Positions 11,805 to 25,240 of a stretch of 64,000 nt of DNA are shown piece by piece (within the stretch, counting starts at the first letter, position 1; each line of letters opens with the position of its first letter). The DNA is from Mytilus californianus (lineage: Eukaryota): NCBI RefSeq assembly GCF_021869535.1, contig NW_026262712.1, positions 33,046,001 through 33,110,000 on the forward strand, in the 5' to 3' direction. The position numbers were made by a program, and so were the translations under genes. The notes beneath the pieces are model-generated. The model had not been told where the DNA came from, ran no database searches, and worked only from the letters and a program-made list of their open reading frames with translations.

Positions 11805-12050
11805 AGATTCAACCCACCATTTTTTCTTAAAATGTTTGTACCAAGTCAGGAATATGGCAGTTGTTATCAAATAGTCCGTTTCTATGTATGTTGGCGTTTA
11901 TTTTTGTAGCAGTTCAGTGTTTATGTTGTTCCGTTGTTTTCCTCTTATAGTTGACGACTTTTTCTCGGATTTTGGTTTGTGATCCGGATTTGTTTCAGTA
12001 AAATCGATTTATGACTATTGAACAGCGGTATACTACTGTTGCCATTATTT
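11805..12050 (+). mobile_element. Family B' repeat beginning at about the twister cleavage site
   Basis: Starts TTC^AACCCACC at 11808; interrupts a duplicated module that is uninterrupted at ~21055-21080. Confidence 0.75.
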
Positions 12051-12714
12051 ATGAATTATCTTAACAGAAACAAATTCTTTCTTTTTCAGAAGTCAGAAAA
12101 GACAAATATGTTTCCAAAACCAATCAAAATAAAAAGTCCATGTTCCCTTTACAAGGAAGCAAACAATCTTTATCTTGCTTTTACAAAGTGGTGCAAGTAG
12201 TGAATTAAGGCTGTAAGTTAAAACAAGAATAGAAATCAATTAAGCTATGAATTGATTTTGCTAACTTTGAAAAACTTGAATTGCCCACGATTTTTTGCTT
12301 TTATTTCAAAATTTCGTAGCTGTTTCATTTGCAATTGAAACAGCCCAAAGGAAAATTTGGACCTTTCGTTCGTTTACGCTCGGCCTCATTTGCGGTCCCA
12401 AATTTCAGTTAGGTAATACACACATCAGCAAGGAGTATTGCGAAAAATCGTTAGGTTAACTCATGACTTACATCCATATTTAAAGACTTTGTAAATATGT
12501 CAAGTGTAATAAGATTATTATTTGCTAGATTTTTCGATGGTGTTTTTGGTTTTCTATATGGTATATTTCAGAAAGTCACCTTAGAAAGACTTTTGCTTAT
12601 CATCAATTAAAGGGTGAGGATGAAGTTCAAATGAACCATAGCACAATAAAACAAAACAACTTCACAAAAAGAAATTATATGCTAGTAATTGACAAAAAAC
12701 GCAAAAAATTGGTA

Positions 12715-13030
12715 AAATCGTCATTAAAGGATAAAAAAGGCGAATGATACCAACGGGACACCAAAACTCACAAGTAGAATAAACAAACTGATAACGCCAT
12801 GGCAACAAAAAAAGAAAAACAGACCAACAACAGTAAACAATACACACAGAAATCTAAAGACTGAGCAACACAAACCACACCAAAACCTGGAGGCGATCTC
12901 AGGCCCTCCGGAAGTGCAATCATACCCCACTCCACACGCGGCACCCGTCGTGTTGCTTATGTTAGTACAAACCCGGTAATAAGTCTAATTCGGTATGGCA
13001 CATTTGGGAAGGGGGAGGGATTGAAGTTAT
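12715..13030 (-). mobile_element. Dispersed repeat family D (CCGGAGCACCTGAGATCAC core)
   Basis: Homologous to 13984-14196 (+), 14268-14457 (-), 39225-39400 (+), 42745-43025 (-), 45843-46290 (-) and a fragment at ~9940-10070. Confidence 0.75.
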
Positions 13031-13983
13031 CATGTACAAATTTACTATAAATTTCACGTTGTTAAAATACAATATTATAGAAATACTAATGTTCAAACTC
13101 CCTCAAGCAAGGTTGATTGTTTGATGAATTTGGCTGTTTTTTAAAGTCCTGTTTTGGTAATAAAGTTCCTAGTCTGATTCGGAAGACGGTACATTTTTGT
13201 ACATCTACTTTTAAATATTAAGGTTGGTCTTCTTGAAAACCAAGCTGACTGAATACATGTTATATTTCAGGTACTACTAAGGTGTTTTGAATCGACTACC
13301 AAGATTGCAATTTGACAAAAACATGATTACAAAAACAGAAAAAGATGAATTGAATATAATCCTTGACAAAAATACGATATCTTAAAATTGTTTATTAAAG
13401 TTCTCGATTAGTAAAATCCTGTCAGATTTGATTTTATTATCGATTGTAATCTATCAAATGTCAAATGATTCCACATAGTAAAAATAGAATAATAGTGGTA
13501 CGTAAAAGTGTATATTTCTTGGTTTGTTTACTCTAATGTTTTCCCAAGACACACCTTCGTATGAAAAAAGAATCTTGTTCACGCAAATCATTAAACGAAA
13601 CTAAAATATAATTTATTTTTTATTTTATGAAAACAATAGTTAAATTCCATTCAGGAGAAAAGCGATTGGCTTTGATTTCTCTGGTGATAAACTAATAAAA
13701 TTCGATTTGTAATTCTCATTTGGTTTTAAATGCTATTTCGACGAATTTATTTTTAAAGCTATCATCTGCTCCAGATGGAATGATAGGATAAAAGTAAACA
13801 CCAGGCAACTGACAGATATTTTTGTATGTCCTCATCATTCTAAGAAATAAAATCAAATTTAACGGCTTCAAACTTTGATGACAGATTGCATTAAGGGAGT
13901 CATAACACTGTTAGACAAATTTAAAGCAGTCCATACTGAAAAACAACAGAGCGGAATAACGTCACTTTTTGAAGGAACTGTTC

Positions 13984-14196
13984 GTCCTGTGGAGCAGGAT
14001 CTGCTCACCATTCCGGAGCACCTGAGATCACTCCCAGTTTTTAGTGGCGTTCGTGTTGCTCAGTCTTTAGTTTTCTATGTTGTGTTTTGTGTATTATTGT
14101 TTGTCTGTTGGTCTTTTTCTTTTTTAGCCATGGTGTTGTCAGTTTGTTTTCGACCTATGAGTTTGGATGTCTCTTTGGTATCTTTTGCCTCTCTTT
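13984..14196 (+). mobile_element. Family D repeat, 5'-truncated
   Basis: Core CCGGAGCACCTGAGATCAC; absent from the paralogous region at ~22290-22305. Confidence 0.8.
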
Positions 14197-14267
14197 TAAA
14201 CATATATACTTTATAAAATATGTCATCAATGATATTTAGATTACTTTTATTCAAAATATAATTAATT

Positions 14268-14457
14268 AAAGAGGAGGGATGAAAGATACCAGAGGGACAG
14301 TCAAACTCATAAATCGAAAACAAACTGACAACGCCATGGCCAAAAATAAAAAGACAAACAGACAAATAGTAATACAGATGACACAACATAGAGAACTAAA
14401 GACTAAGCAACACGAACCCCACCAAAAACTGGGGGTGATCTCAGGTGCTCCGGAAGT
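14268..14457 (-). mobile_element. Family D repeat, 5'-truncated, inverted relative to its neighbour
   Basis: Reverse complement of ~14010-14196; absent from the paralogous region at ~22370-22385. Confidence 0.8.
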
Positions 14458-15676
14458 TCTTAGGACTTGAGAGATCCTACAGGTTATTTTTTTTAGTGAT
14501 CAAGTCAATTATTTTTATATGATAAAGAGAAATTGCTAACTTGTAAAAACCATTGAAGTAGAACATAGTTTTCCTACGCAAAATTTATATTTTTTTTTTC
14601 AGTTATTAGTTAAATTTTGAAAGATAATTATCCGTTACCTACCACTTTGTTTTCCTTTCAGTAACTAATATGAAGAATTCGCAGGCTATTTGTTCCGAAA
14701 ATATATAGGAGGTCCTGTTATATAGAATAGCCTGATGCTATGACATATCTCTTGTCGTGATTAAACATTATTTGGCATTGGTCTTTAAACTAGTTTGTTT
14801 ACTTTTTTCCTTTTTTAAGGTTAGCTGCCAAAGAGTCAAATGTTGAAGGCACCTAAACAAAGACTAATAACTTCCAGTAATGGTCACTTACATTCCTTTC
14901 ATAGCTTTTACCTGGCTTGGAATCTCAAACTAAGCTAAGTCGTCAACGGTTTTGGACATAACTACTTAAAAAGGTCTATAACATTGAAAGAACAGGGTGT
15001 CCTTCGCCCCTGGTTTTTATCTTACAAATAGAGCACTCTAATATTGAACTTCTTATATGCAAATAACGAATAGTTTGCGAGTATATCCACTTATAACATT
15101 TCTTGGACTTTCGATGGACTTTATCTACTAAACGGTAGGCTCATAGCTTTTCTGTCAAAGCATAACAACGTTGTGGCTTTATGTCCTTAAAAAATTCCAC
15201 AATTTACTATTTTCTATCTCTTATGGTTATGGTGACATACAACATTTGTGGAACATTGACTATCTCTCTAACGAACAAATCGTAACTTTTAAGTCAAACA
15301 TAACAAAGTCGTGACTTGCTGTTCCATACATTTTCACCAATTACTTAAGTCAACCATAACGACGTTGTGATTTGCTGTTCCAAACATTTTCACCATTTTC
15401 TTTTTCAGAAACTATTACAACATTCTGAGATTAAGGTGGAAAGGGTATTCTGTGAATTGTCTTTTTCATTTTGTCATGGCCGCGTGATAAGGAGATGTCT
15501 TATGAAGTCACTAAGTCTCGACGAGTTTGAAATTTTGAGTTTGACGCTTGGGGGAGTGGGTTTAGATTTCGTGTTGTACGAAACTACGTAGTACCTTTTC
15601 GTTGAAATGAAAGACTACCAGCATTACCAAATTAATATGTTGCACCATGCTTTCTGGTTTTTCCTGACTGGTAAGT

Positions 15677-16000
15677 GAGCGCTCAAAAACATGTATAACC
15701 CCGTCACATTCTTATGTGCCTGTCTCAAGTCAGGAGCCTGTAGTTCAGTAGTTGTCGTTGGTTCATGTCTGTCATATTTGTTTATCGTTGTTTTGTTTTG
15801 TTATGAATTATGCCGTTAGTTTTCTCAATTGAATTGTTTCATAATTTTCATGTCGGGGCCTTTTATAGCCGACTATATGGTTTGAATTTTCTCATTGTTG
15901 AAGGCCGTACGGTTTCCTATAGTTGCTTACGTCCACTTTATTCGAACTTTGGTGGATAGTTGTTCATTAGCAATCATACCTCGTCTCTTATTTTTATATT
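15677..16000 (+). mobile_element. Family C-like repeat with the 3' half of a twister-like motif
   Basis: TAACCCCGTCACATTCTTATGTGCCTGTCTCAAGTCAGGAGCC; tail TTGTCATTAGCAATCATACCTCGTCTCTT; absent from the paralogous site at ~22915-22930. Confidence 0.7.
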
Positions 16001-18074
16001 CATATCTTTAACCAATAAAAAGGTTTGGGATTTTACATGTTTTATGTAGATTACTTTGTAAAAAATGTTTCGGTCTGCCAGTGTAAATACGGAAAAATTG
16101 TTGTCTGCCCGATACTTGACATTGAGGATCATTTTGATATTTCGCGTTATTTCTCCATGAAGAGATTTCGATAAGAAAAATGAAAATAGTTAAAACTGTC
16201 ATGCAAATTGAAAAAAAAAGAATTTAAAAGACCTTAATAATAGATTAATTAGTGTGTCAGTTAAGGTGCTCATAGCATTTGTAATAAACATTAATATGCC
16301 GTTCAAATATAATTTATTTTGAAATTTCTACGATGTAACTTGAAATGAAATACTTTGTTCCAAACTACGTTATTAGTATGAATTATGAACTTACATCTGT
16401 TTGAATTGATTTTTTTCCATAATATAAAACAGTTGCTTACATGGTTAGATATTGAATTTTCAAAGATAATATTCAATCTCAATTGAATAATACAACTTGA
16501 TTGTTTTACAAGCGAAAACATTTATTGAATTATTTCAACTTAAGAAATGACCTAATTTCACATTTTCTTTGTTTGCAAAGATATATTTTTTCACTCAATA
16601 TTTAATGAAGTGTCTTTCATTCACAATCCCAGACAAAGTCATCAGTACAACTTGACATTATGGAGCAAACGTAGCATACAACGCGCAAAGGTTTTGTGAC
16701 TAAAGATCACATGAGCAATTTACTAGTCACGGCTACTTATTTACTAGTATTTGTTGTTTATAAGAACATGTAGGATCTACATATATGTTAGGTGGCCATA
16801 ATGTAATTCTAGTAATGCATATGATGTATTTGTAATTTTGAAAAAGAATAAAAAATTACAGGAATTGATATTACCTATTGGATGTGTTAAAGGAAAAATC
16901 GTTCAAGATTATATAATAAGTAATTGTATCTTATTTAATTCGATTCATAACAACGCATAATTTGATCCTTTTAATCAATAATAAACAAGGAATCGATTAG
17001 GCAAAACGCATGAAAAGCATACACAACGTGTTAAACGTAAGCTTTTAGACAGCCGATATGTGAAAGTCAAATGTTTCACGTTGTAACTCTTTATGAAACA
17101 AGACATTCCACTTCAAGTGAACTTGTATTCAAGGTTGAACATAATGTTATCAATAGAAACAAATTGTATCTGATTTGTATTTGGAAATATACATGCATTG
17201 ATGGATTTTATAGCTTGTCTAAATAAACTTAACTGTACTTATAATTGCTTTCTGAAGAATGACACCAAGTTTTACAAAGCAGTAATAACTGTTGGCATAT
17301 TAATTGACTATGCATTTTTAAATGTTTACTGTTGTTTATTATTTTAATCATACCATTATCGTAGATATTTCTTTTTACACGTGGATAACGACACTAAATT
17401 GCACGTGTGTAGTATTTCAGTTACAAAAAGACACAAGTACAATTGAATTAAATCTAACTCGTGCAACCACATAACTGATATCGATATAATGACTTTTTAC
17501 TAAATCCACACTATCAGTATAGTTGAGTTACTCGTAGTTGGTCTATAGGGTTTTTGTTTAATGATGTTTGTTTTCATGTGTGTTTACTGTTTGGTCTACA
17601 TGATTTTACCTTATATTACAGTTATTTTATTTTTATTTTCTATAAATATGTAAAAGCTAAGATAAAAAATCAGCTACTTCACTTATATGTTTTAAAGTTT
17701 TAAGCAAGTATATGCACAGGATTTTTTTTATACACAGTTTTGATTTAGAAGAAAAACTGACATGGTTTAAAAATTCTAAAAACAACACCATTACAAACAC
17801 AATCCATTTTAATATTCTTGTCATGGTTAGAAAATACATAAAATAACACCATTTCAAACTCCATCCCAATTTGATATTCTCGTACGTATCTATAAATAAA
17901 ACAAATCTATTTAATTTTCAGAAATTTACCTGTGATAATATAAACGTCACAAACATTACGTCACTTTTTGTTACGTTGATCCATTTGTGATGTCCTGGTG
18001 TGCTGCAGTAAATTCATGGGAGGTGTCGGTTGTTATTCTTCGGTTTACATGTTGTAATATACTATTATATTATT

Positions 18075-18448
18075 CATTTATGTATTTCTCTGTGCTGGGT
18101 TGTTTTGTGTTTGTTTGTACTGAATTTCTGTCACGCAGTGTTATCCATTTAGTGGTATTTTTAACATTGCCATATAAGCGGGAGGTTATGCTGGCCATAA
18201 AACCAGGTTCAACCCACCATTTTTTCTTAAAATGTCCTGTACCAAATCAGGAATATCGCAGTTGTTATCAGACAGTCCGTTTCTGTGTATGTTAGTGTTT
18301 GCTTTTTTTGTAGTTCAGTGTTTCTGAAGTTCCGTTGTTTTCCTCTTATAGTTGATGTGTTTCCCTCGGTTTTAGTTTGTTACCGGAATTGTTTTTGCTT
18401 AATCGAATTATGACTATTGAACAGCGGTATACTACTGTTGCCATTATC
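18075..18448 (+). mobile_element. Dispersed repeat (family B') with twister-like motif at 18168-18260
   Basis: P3 TGCCATAT/ATATCGCA; GCGG-GAGG-T; C^AA-CCC-AC; P5 ATTTT/AAAAT; P4 TCCTG/CAGGA; tail GAACAGCGGTATACTACTGTTGCC shared with 11805-12050, 24293-24479 and 45085-45497. Confidence 0.75.
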
Positions 18449-21400
18449 TATTAGAAATTGTTTTATTAAAATGTACTGTTTTAGAATTTTTCAAATTATT
18501 TTAAATAATCTCATTCTTTCAAGGCTTGTTAGGCCAAACATTTTGTCCATTTAACTTTTATCAACAATTGTATTAGATTTTGGGTTTTCAATATTTTATT
18601 ATTTCAATTGTTTTAATCTGTTTTCATATTTGGCAAATATTTCATTTCAAATTTTATTGTTCTTGACGTTGTAGTTAATTGATTGTATTTTGGCATCCAT
18701 TAATCTTAAAATTCTTTAATTGCTTGAGCTTATATAAATAATAATTGTAATGGTATATATAGTTGATATGTGATATTACATTTAGTTTGAGTTTATTGTT
18801 CGGTGTTGCCGAACTGCGACATAAAATGATTATATAGCAAAACATTCCTTCTTGATTCAATATAGTCAGAACGCCATTCTATTCGGCTATAATCTTCCGA
18901 AAAAGTTAATGTTAATAGTCTATATTAATATACAATATCCAATTTGCTTTATTAACCCTATTTTAGTGAATAAAAGGTTTTATGCAATGTATCAGAGCCA
19001 TGATAAACCATGTGTTTCTAAAAATAGCAGAATGCAGATGTAAATACTTTATACGATATTGGAAAACGTTGTAAACATACATGAAATTACTATTTGTCTT
19101 ATTTTGAATGCCTTTCAACTGGACCTGACTTCCTTTATGATGTTATATGATATTTCATATAATGTATATAATAATTAGTTCAATTTCAATCAATCCTTTC
19201 TAGTGCACTTGCACTTACATTGTCATTCCGAGAGATCAAAAGGCAACTTGATATTGTTACAATTATCAATTTGAAAACCCATTTAAAACAGATATAAGCT
19301 AAATTTGAATTCTGATGAAAGTTCTGTCGATTGCTTTAATATTTTACACACAAAAAATCAGTTGATGTGTGTGTGGTCTAGAGAATAATATGCTTTGTAG
19401 TATAATTCTGCAACAAATTAATGAGCACTTTAATAATAACGATAACATACATTTATTTATTTATTTAACCACCTGGGTTTGAAATGTGCATTAGCGACGT
19501 TTAACAGGCAACCTAAACTATTTAAGTGTAAAAGAAGGTGTTTTTAGTACTTGAAAAAATAAATCTTTTCGTAGAGAAATTATTAGAATCCACGGTCTCA
19601 ATTAGTTGTAATCGTATCTTTGTTTGACATTACAATAGTTAGGTTCATAGCTCAGCTTTATATTAACAATTCATAGCTCAAATTTTTAAAACCTACATTT
19701 TCAATAATAAGTTGATACAAGACATGTTTGTAAGAAACGATTTCACTTTCTATTAGTAATGTGCAGATAAATCTAATTAAAAACTAGAAAAAACAGTAGA
19801 TTTGCTATTTTGCACATATAACTTAACATCTCCGGAAAAAACGAGATATTTGATAAATTATCGAAGCAGAAACAAACACTTACTTTTTTTCAAATTGTAA
19901 TTTCAGAAAAGACAAAAACTGCTGCTGAAAATGAAATTAACATCAATATCATAAATTTTGCCATTTTCTATTTACTTTAAAAGCATTAAATTATAGCTTA
20001 ATAAAAGATAGATCGATGTGCCTTCAAAACAGAGAATATTTAGCGGCAAAATTGTCTTGAATGTTTTTTATTGGAAAGGTGCAAGAAGAAGTTAATTGTA
20101 AACTGTCTTAAAAAACTCGAAATATACTAGCAGCCTGTACAGATGAGGTTGATAACAAATATTCAGAAATATAGGGTTTGTCTTAGCATTTCCTCATTAA
20201 TAATATTTTTCTTAGGAAAATGAAAGAGCTATTCAAAATTTTCTAATTTTTCAATGTTTTAAGATTACATTGCACGAGTTAAACCAGATTAGAGACATGA
20301 CTTATAGTGTGATGCATTATTAATCACTTAAAGATCAACAGATTCGATAATCAATTGATAATGTAATACAAATCAACATTATAAATGTTCTTTCAGTCGA
20401 ACTATTCACATGCACTGAACTTATTATTCTAACAGATCAAAGGAGCAACATTATATGGTTACTCTTATTAAAATGAAATAGTTTTAAAAAAAGATATAAT
20501 ATAAATTTAGCTTTGGGGAAAGTTCTTTTGATTGCAAAAATATTTTATCCACGAAAAAAAAACAGATGTTGACGTGTGGCTTGGGGAATAATACACGTTA
20601 TACTATTCTGTAACAAACCAATGATCACTTTTACAATAACGATTAGATCCATTTATACATTTATGAGGTCCTCTGTGTTTGAAATATGTATAAACAAAGT
20701 TTAACAAGTAACATAAAAGGTTCGAATGTAAAAGAAGATGTCTTTAATTCGTGCAAAAATAAAATCTGTTCGTAGAGGAAGTTTCAAAAATTTAGGTTTC
20801 AATAAGTTGTAATTGTATCTTTGTTATAATTGTCAATATTTAGGTTTCAAGCTACACTTCATATTAACAATAAATATCTCAAATTTTAAAAACCTACGAC
20901 TTCTTCAGTTTATCAATTATTAGTTGATGCAAAGAATGATTAAAAGCCTGAATTTTTTCTTTCTATTAGTAATGTACAGAAACATCTAATTGAAATATAG
21001 GAAACCAACTGTTCATTTGCTATTTTGAACGTACATTTAATAATTTTCAGCAAAAATAAATGCTTTAATAAATTATCTTAACAGGAACACACACTTAATT
21101 TTGTTTAAAATTGTGAAGTCAAAGACAAATATGTTTCCAAAACAAATCACCTTTAAAAGTGAATGATACATTTAAGAGGGTGCAGATAAAAGTGTTATCC
21201 TCCTTTTTTGAAGTGCAAGTAGTGAATTAATGCATTAACTTACCCAAGAATAAAAATCAATCTCTCATTTGTTTTGATAATTGTTAAAAACCTTAATTAC
21301 CAACGAGTTTTTGCTAATATTTTATGTTTTTGTTGTTGCTGATTTATTTCCAAAAGTAATTGTCTGATGCTAAGGTTTTGGACTTTTTCTGTCGTTTGCG

Positions 21401-24292
21401 CTACTTTAGTATTAAGAATGTTTGCTACTCTGTTTCCAAATAACAAGCTTTTTAAAGGAATGTTATCAATTGATAGTATATAAATAAAGAAACTAAAAAA
21501 CAGGAAAAAAAGGAAGGGTTCGTGTGCTTTTTTTCGAGATATAAGCTATTGAAATTTGAATCGACTATCAAGATTACAACTAGACAAAGACATGATTAGA
21601 AAACAACAGAACATGCAAAGTAAAATAATATTTAGGAAAAATTACGATATCTTTATAATCTTTATTAAAATTCTCTATAAGTAAACTCCTGTCAGATTTG
21701 ATTTTATTATCGATTGTTAACTAACTAATTACAAATGTGATCTGAAGATTTCACATAAGGAATATAGAAAACTACTAATACTTACTGCTATTTGTTCGAA
21801 GATAATATTTCTTGAAACCTTTACTCTGATGTTTTCCCAAACTATACCCTCGTATTTTTTACCAAAATTTATTCAAGCAAATCATTAACTTAAAATATAG
21901 TTAGCAGTTCGTTTTTAATACAACCAACAGTTTTAATTCAATTCAGTAGATAAAATTATCGACTTTGATTTCTTCTGTGATGCACTGATAAAATTCGATT
22001 TGTTTTTCTCATTTTGTTTTCAGTGCTGTTTCTAAGAATTTATTTTTAAAGCTATTATCTGATTAAGACGGAAATTGTTTACTGAGTAGACGACGAACGA
22101 ATATGATTTAATACCAGTGTGCTGACAGATATTTTTATTTGTCGTTATCTATAAAAGAAAAATTATTAAATTTAACGGCACCGATCTCTGACGACAGAAT
22201 TGCATTTCAATAAATATCCTATAATAAGGATAAGGTAAAGCAGTCCAGTTCAGTAGCAAAAGAGCGGGAGTGCCTTACTTTTTGAAGGGAAAATTCCACC
22301 TTTCAAACCTCTATACTTTATAAAAGTTATCATCAATGATAATAAAAATGAATATCTCACATTATAATTTGTTAATTTGTGTTCTTTGGACTTGAGTGAT
22401 CCTGAAGATTTTTTTTTTTAAATTGAGTTGTTTAAATCTTTTGCGTTAGTCTTTGTTCTTTTTATCAAGTCTATAATTTTCATACGAAAATGAAAATGCT
22501 AAAATTTGTTATTCCATGCCAAATATTAACTGATCATTAGTTTCTTGATCAATTTAGAAGACAATTATCATTTGCCTTCATTTACTTTAAGTCAACCATT
22601 ACGAAGTTTCGAATTTCTGTCCCAATCACTTTCACAATTTACTTTTTTAACATCTATTTCGAAATTTTTTTTCAATAACAAGGTCTAAGGTCGAAAGTGC
22701 AACCTGTGTCATTGGTCTGTGACCATTTGTTAATTTTATCAAGGTCATGTGATAAAATGATATATTGTGTAGACCCTAAGTTAAATTTTTTTAGTTTGAC
22801 GCTTCAAAGAGTTTGTTTAAATTGTGTATTGTGCTAAATAGCGCTCCACTTTTTCAGTCAATGTAAGACATACCAGCATTACCCAGTAAATTTTTCGAAC
22901 CATGCTTTTTGGTTTTTCGTAAGGTTAATATGTTTGACCAATAAGAATGTTTAGGCTTTTATGTAGATAACGTTGTAAGAAAATACGTTTCGGTCTGCCA
23001 GTGTAAAATTTGAATAGTATATATCTGCCCGATACTGGATATTGAAGATCATTTTCATTTTCGTATTATTTTTCCATTAAGATATTTCGATAAGTACAAT
23101 AAAAAACAACTATCATGCGAATTATAAAACAAGTAATGCAAAAAATCTTGATAATAACCTAATTGGTGTGTCAGTTAAGGGGTTCATATTATTCGTAATC
23201 AAACTTAATTATGTCATTCCTATACTCATTGTTTTGTTTGCAGAAAAAATATTTTGAAATTTCTACACTGTGAATTGAAATGAAGTCAAGCGCTTTGTAC
23301 TAAACTACGCTATTAAGTGTGAATTATTTTAGAATGGTATGTAATATACCTCATGAGCTTACATCCCCTGTTTTAATTGCTTTCTTTCTCTAATATGAAA
23401 CAGTTGCATACAAGGTTTTGTATTGAATTTTTTCAGGTTTATTACATTCAAACTCATATTTGAAAAATACAATCTGATAATTTTCCAAGTGAAAACATTT
23501 CTTGAACTATTTCAACTAGACTGAAATTATGATATGCGGCCATGAATTCATTCTAGCAATATTTGTGTTTTTCAAAAAGAATTTAAAAAAACAGGAATTA
23601 ATATATCATATTGGATGTGTTAAAAGAAAAAGCATACACGATCCTATAATACGTTATTGTATTTTAACTGATTTGCTCAGAACCAAGTAGAATTAAATCC
23701 TTTTAATTTATGACAAAAAAAGAATCAATTCATAATAACGCATGAAAAGCATGCACTACCGGTGAAACCTGAACTTATAAACAGTCGATACGAGAAAAAC
23801 AAAACAGTTAACGTTAATGACTATTTGTCTTATTATAAATGCATTTGAACTGGTTCGGAATAGCTTTATGAATTTTGACAAACCGCAGATTGTTTACATT
23901 TGTGTAGTGAAATATGATGTCAAAATAAATCATTAGTCTGAAGAAAAGAAATCCCTATAAATTTTGTAATTTGCACTGCCATAGTATTTGTTCCGAATTT
24001 AACGGGTTTTTTTCCTTCTGCCAGGCACAAAAGCTGTAATTTCTTTCACGAGATAATTCAAGAAAATGACTTTCATTACTACACTATTTATTTATTCTCG
24101 TTAATCAAATTTTAAAATGATCATTAGTATTGCAATTTATATTATGAAATTTTTACTTACACTTGGGATGAATATTAAAATCAACGGTAAGGTGCAAGCT
24201 TGCCTTTGTGTACATTGTTATGGTTTTATTTTGACTAAAATGATCCTTATTATAATTTCCGTTTCAGCTCTTATTTTCATCTTAAATGCATA

Positions 24293-24479
24293 ATAAAAGG
24301 CAACAGTAGTATACCGCTGTTCAATAGTCATAATTCGATTAAGCAAATACACATCCGGGTAACAAACTAAAACCAAGGGAAACACATCAACTATAAGAGG
24401 AAAACATCGGAACTATAGAAACACTGAACTTCAACAAAAGCAAACCCCAACTTACATAGAAACGGACTGCCATATTCCA
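24293..24479 (-). mobile_element. Family B' 3' fragment without ribozyme core
   Basis: Reverse complement of the family B' tail, ending at the P3 3' strand (GGAATATGGCAG). Confidence 0.7.
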
Positions 24480-24544
24480 TATATCACTGAATATATTTAG
24501 TTAATATCTGACTTATAGAAATCTGTGATCAAATTTTTTCCCAT

Positions 24545-24755
24545 TTGATGTTATTGTTGTCAATATAATTGAATTCAATGCGACTTTCATACAAGTGAGA
24601 GGTTTAGTTAGCTTTAAAACCAGTTTTAATCCACCATTTCCTACATGAGAAAATATCTGTACCAAGTCATGAATGTGACAGTTGTTTTCGATACATTTGA
24701 TGTGTTCGATCTTTTGTTTTGCCATTTGATAAAGGACTTTCCGTTTTGAATGTTG
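24545..24755 (+). mobile_element. Family B repeat with decayed twister-like motif at 24584-24681
   Basis: Homologous to 9430-9695; P4 mutated. Confidence 0.7.
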
Positions 24756-24837
24756 TTAAATTTTAATACATTACTTGGAATTTAATTGATGAATATTAAT
24801 TTGTAAATGAACTTTAGTGATAAAAATGTTAAACAGC

Positions 24838-25240
24838 CTTTTTGATCTTAACATCATCTGAAAAGTCTTAACAATAAATGTTTCAGTCATTTTTAGTCCA
24901 TCGGTCAATTTCCGACTTATCCACTGAGGTCAATTCTTTGCTCTTTCCACAATTGGCTTGCACTCAATTCAGTACTGTGTTCATACATTTCGCTTAAAGT
25001 CATTCAGTACCGTTCAGTAGCTTTTCAGACCATTCCTCATGATGTTTATGTGAACAAGTATACAAAACCACTACTTAACAATCTAAACAAAGACTGATAT
25101 ATCTTTAGCAAATTGTCTGAACAGTACTGAATTAATCGCAGAGGATAAGTCTGAAAAATTGACCGAAAGACTGAAAATTACTTAACGATGTTGAGTCTTT
25201 TAAGACCTGTTCAGATAAAAATTACCATTTAAGACAAAAA
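24838..25240. mobile_element. Fold-back/MITE-like element with long imperfect inverted arms
   Basis: TCGGTCAATTTCCGACTTATCC (~24901-24922) vs GGATAAGTCTGAAAAATTGACCGA (~25143-25166); ATTCAGTACTGTGTTCA vs TGAACAGTACTGAAT; outer TTTTTGATCTTAA vs TTAAGACAAAAA. Confidence 0.6.

Noticed and set aside
12864-12957. HDV-like ribozyme fold for family D
   Set aside because: A P1 and a small P3/L3 can be drawn, but no P2 partner adjoins P3 and no canonical J4/2 catalytic C context is present; kept only as an unclassified structure.
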